This document shows, in pieces, positions 62,290 through 64,000 of a stretch of 64,000 nucleotides of DNA (position 1 is its first letter; every line of letters starts with the position of its first letter). The translations under genes were made by a program, and so were the position numbers. This DNA is from Chloroflexota bacterium (lineage in GTDB: Bacteria > Chloroflexota > Limnocylindria > Limnocylindrales > CSP1-4). Below the pieces are notes generated by a model. The model was not told the origin of the DNA and ran no database searches. It was given only the letters and a program-made list of their open reading frames with translations. Location of the stretch: NCBI GenBank assembly GCA_021802585.1, contig JAJZRQ010000001.1, forward strand, positions 11,234 to 75,233, written 5' to 3'.

Positions 62290-62925
62290 TCAGGCCGGGG
62301 TCGCGGAGGCAGCGCCGGCGGCCGCGCGCCGGCGGGCGCGGTGGCGGGCGGCCTTCGCCCGGTTCCCGCAGCTCGCCATGCTGCACCAGCGCCGGCGCCC
62401 CGTCCGCGAGGTGTCCTCGAAGACCCACCGGCAGCCGTCGTTCGCGCAGATCCGGAGGCGCTCGGTGGCGCCGCCCGCGACGAGGGCGACGAGCGGCTCG
62501 GCGACCGCGGCGAGCGCGTCGTCGAGGGGGTCCCCGGTGTGGCGGTGGCCGAGGGCGACGCCGCCCTCGCCCGGCACGAGCTCGACGACGCTCCGGGCGC
62601 GGAGGACCCCGTTCACCGTCGCGAGGGCCCGCGCCTCGACGGGCCGGTCGGCGACGAGCGCTTCGGCGACCTCGCGGAGCGCGGCCCGGACGGCGACGAC
62701 GTGGGCGAGGAGCGTCACCGCCCGCGCCGGAGCGGAGGCGTCGATCGGCCGGCGCTTCGTCGGGTGGAGGAGGCCGCGCTCCTCGAGCCAGGCCGTCGCG
62801 TCCGGGAGCGCGGCGAGGTGCTCGACGGGGCGGCCGGAGCCGTCGAGCTCCGCTGTGTTCAGGAAGTCGAGCGTGTCCTCGAGCGCCGCCGCATGGCGAT
62901 GCGCGGGGTGGGTGAGCGTCGTCAT
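62290..62925 (-). CDS. ABATE-domain protein with C-terminal CGNR zinc finger (putative stress-responsive regulator)
   Basis: C-terminal CANDGCRWVFEDTSRTGRRRWCSMASCGNRAK CGNR motif. Confidence 0.8.
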   Translation of the reverse strand: MTTLTHPAHRHAAALEDTLDFLNTAELDGSGRPVEHLAALPDATAWLEERGLLHPTKRRPIDASAPARAVTLLAHVVAVRAALREVAEALVADRPVEARALATVNGVLRARSVVELVPGEGGVALGHRHTGDPLDDALAAVAEPLVALVAGGATERLRICANDGCRWVFEDTSRTGRRRWCSMASCGNRAKAARHRARRRAAAGAASATPA

Positions 62926-63153
62926 CGATAACCACTGTAGGGGCTTGACGGGTTACGCGCAAGAGGCTACGATTCGTAACCAGTCGAGGCGCCCGCACAG
63001 GTTAGCACCTCGGCGCCGCCACCGGGGGGAACGCTCGATGATCATCGCCCTCGTTTCGCTCCTCGCCGTCCTCGCCGGCCTCGCCCTCCTCGGCGCCGCC
63101 GCCGCCTGCTACGGCTGCGACACCCGGGACGCCTTCACCGACGACCACCGCCG

Positions 63154-63432
63154 TTGACCCGCCGGGAGGACCCACCGATGTGGCAGACGCACTACGTCCT
63201 CTACCGCGCCCGGATGGACGAGCTCCGCGCGGAGGCGGACCGCGAACGACGCTGGCGCCTCCAGGACGACGAGAACGGCCGGGGGCGCCGCTCGCAGGCG
63301 CCGGGGCCGGTGCGGGCCGCGGCGGCGCGTGCCGCCGCGCGGGTCAGCCGTGCCGCCGCCCGGGTCGCCCGGCACCTCGACGGCGGCGTGGTCGTCGACC
63401 GTGGCCGGGACCCCGTCGTCCGGATGAGATAA
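63154..63432 (+). CDS. Hypothetical small Arg-rich protein (low confidence)
   Basis: Track ORF of 92 aa; coiled-coil-like (YRARMDELRAEADRERRWRLQDDE). It could equally be non-coding. Confidence 0.25.
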   Translation: MTRREDPPMWQTHYVLYRARMDELRAEADRERRWRLQDDENGRGRRSQAPGPVRAAAARAAARVSRAAARVARHLDGGVVVDRGRDPVVRMR

Positions 63433-63604
63433 GCGGCCGGTAAGGGTCCCCCACTAGCCTTCCGCCTCGACGCCTGCCGCATCGGACGTGCCCCCGCATG
63501 CTGCAGGCGTCCGCCTCGTCCGGCGGTGACCGCCCTCCGCGCCGGACGCCGGTGTCGTCCCTGCCCGCCGCCGACCCGCCCGCACGCCCGCCGGGGAGTC
63601 GAGC

Positions 63605-64000
63605 GTGGAGAGCCCTCTTCCCTGGCGCGTCCTCGAGGACGGCGCCGACCTCGCGTTCACGGCGGACCGCGCCGTGCCTCCGGCCGTCACCCGCGCCGGC
63701 GGTGGCGGCGCGCCCGGCCCAGCCGGTCCGTCCACCGCGGCCGGCACGATCACCGGCCGGCTCACGCGTCCGGTCGTCGTCGCAGGGGTCGTGGCCGCGG
63801 CCGCGGCCGCGATCGCCGGCCTCGCCCTCGCGACATGGATTGCCGGATCCGCGTCGACGATCGTCGTCGACGCCGTGGCCGCGCCCGCGACCGACGGGCG
63901 CTCCGCGGGCCTGGTCGCGGCCGGCCCGCCCGGTGCCGGCGGTGCCGGAGCCACGACCGCGACCAGGATCGTCGTCGACGTCGCCGGCGCGGTCCGGAAC
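63605..64000 (+). CDS. ComEA-like membrane protein, N-terminal part (runs off window end)
   Basis: Hand-translated from a GTG at ~63605. It has a TM helix (VVVAGVVAAAAAAIAGLALATWIAG) followed by an SLBB-like IVVDVAGAVRN motif, as at the start of the ComEA soluble domain. A com locus near rpsT/lepA/leuS is syntenic in other lineages. Confidence 0.35.
   Translation, partial: MESPLPWRVLEDGADLAFTADRAVPPAVTRAGGGGAPGPAGPSTAAGTITGRLTRPVVVAGVVAAAAAAIAGLALATWIAGSASTIVVDAVAAPATDGRSAGLVAAGPPGAGGAGATTATRIVVDVAGAVRN

Noticed and set aside
63025-63144. 39-aa hydrophobic peptide ORF (MIIALVSLLAVLAGLALLGAAAACYGCDT…)
   Set aside because: A plausible small membrane peptide, but it lacks a convincing RBS and overlaps the start of another questionable ORF. 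It is left unannotated.

Overview
This is a 64-kb, very high-GC (about 70-73%) chromosomal segment, most likely from an Actinomycetota-type genome. Coordinates of features absent from the ORF track (small genes, tRNAs, motifs) were anchored to neighbouring track ORFs and may be off by 1-2 nt. The many long Arg/Pro/Gly-rich six-frame ORFs are GC-driven antisense artefacts; the real genes were picked from recognisable protein families and from start/stop coupling.

Gene content:
- 1-18.6 kb: a conserved Firmicutes-like neighbourhood on the minus strand, lepA - CPBP protease - hemW - [promoter + CIRCE] - hrcA - grpE - dnaK | terminator | ABC-2 exporter (ATPase + 2 permeases) - membrane-anchored GH13 amylase - ppgK - dnaJ - prmA - (plus-strand secreted protein) - mtaB (partial). 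A carbohydrate/exporter block therefore sits between dnaK and dnaJ.
- 18.6-21.4 kb: rpsT carrying an unusual ~160-aa Ala/Lys/Pro-rich tail, then an EamA transporter.
- 20.5-24.6 kb: a tightly coupled three-gene operon (two MutS-domain-V ATPase paralogs plus a Nudix fusion). This is the best candidate for an undescribed system.
- 24.8-29.6 kb: gap-pgk-eno with no tpiA, and a 46-aa zinc-ribbon gene.
- 29.8-33.3 kb: a 1165-aa surface protein (lamin-tail domain + PT linkers + repeated OB-fold-like modules).
- 34.3-44.0 kb: an SOS mutasome split into imuA'-imuB-orf82 and dnaE2, each behind a LexA-like box (TAGAAC-N4-GTTCG), separated by a TetR/MBL-hydrolase/lipoprotein insert. DnaE2 carries large low-complexity insertions.
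- 45.2-47.7 kb: a 2.5-kb integrase-less islet (OsmC + LuxR-hydrolase regulator, lower GC) inserted in tRNA-Ala(CGC) and bounded by a 22-bp direct repeat.
- 47.9-64 kb: a second tRNA-Ala(GGC) with terminator, leuS, an ECF sigma/anti-sigma pair, tandem lipoproteins, Pat (protein acetyltransferase), an F420-type LLM oxidoreductase, a CGNR regulator, and a partial ComEA-like gene at the window end.
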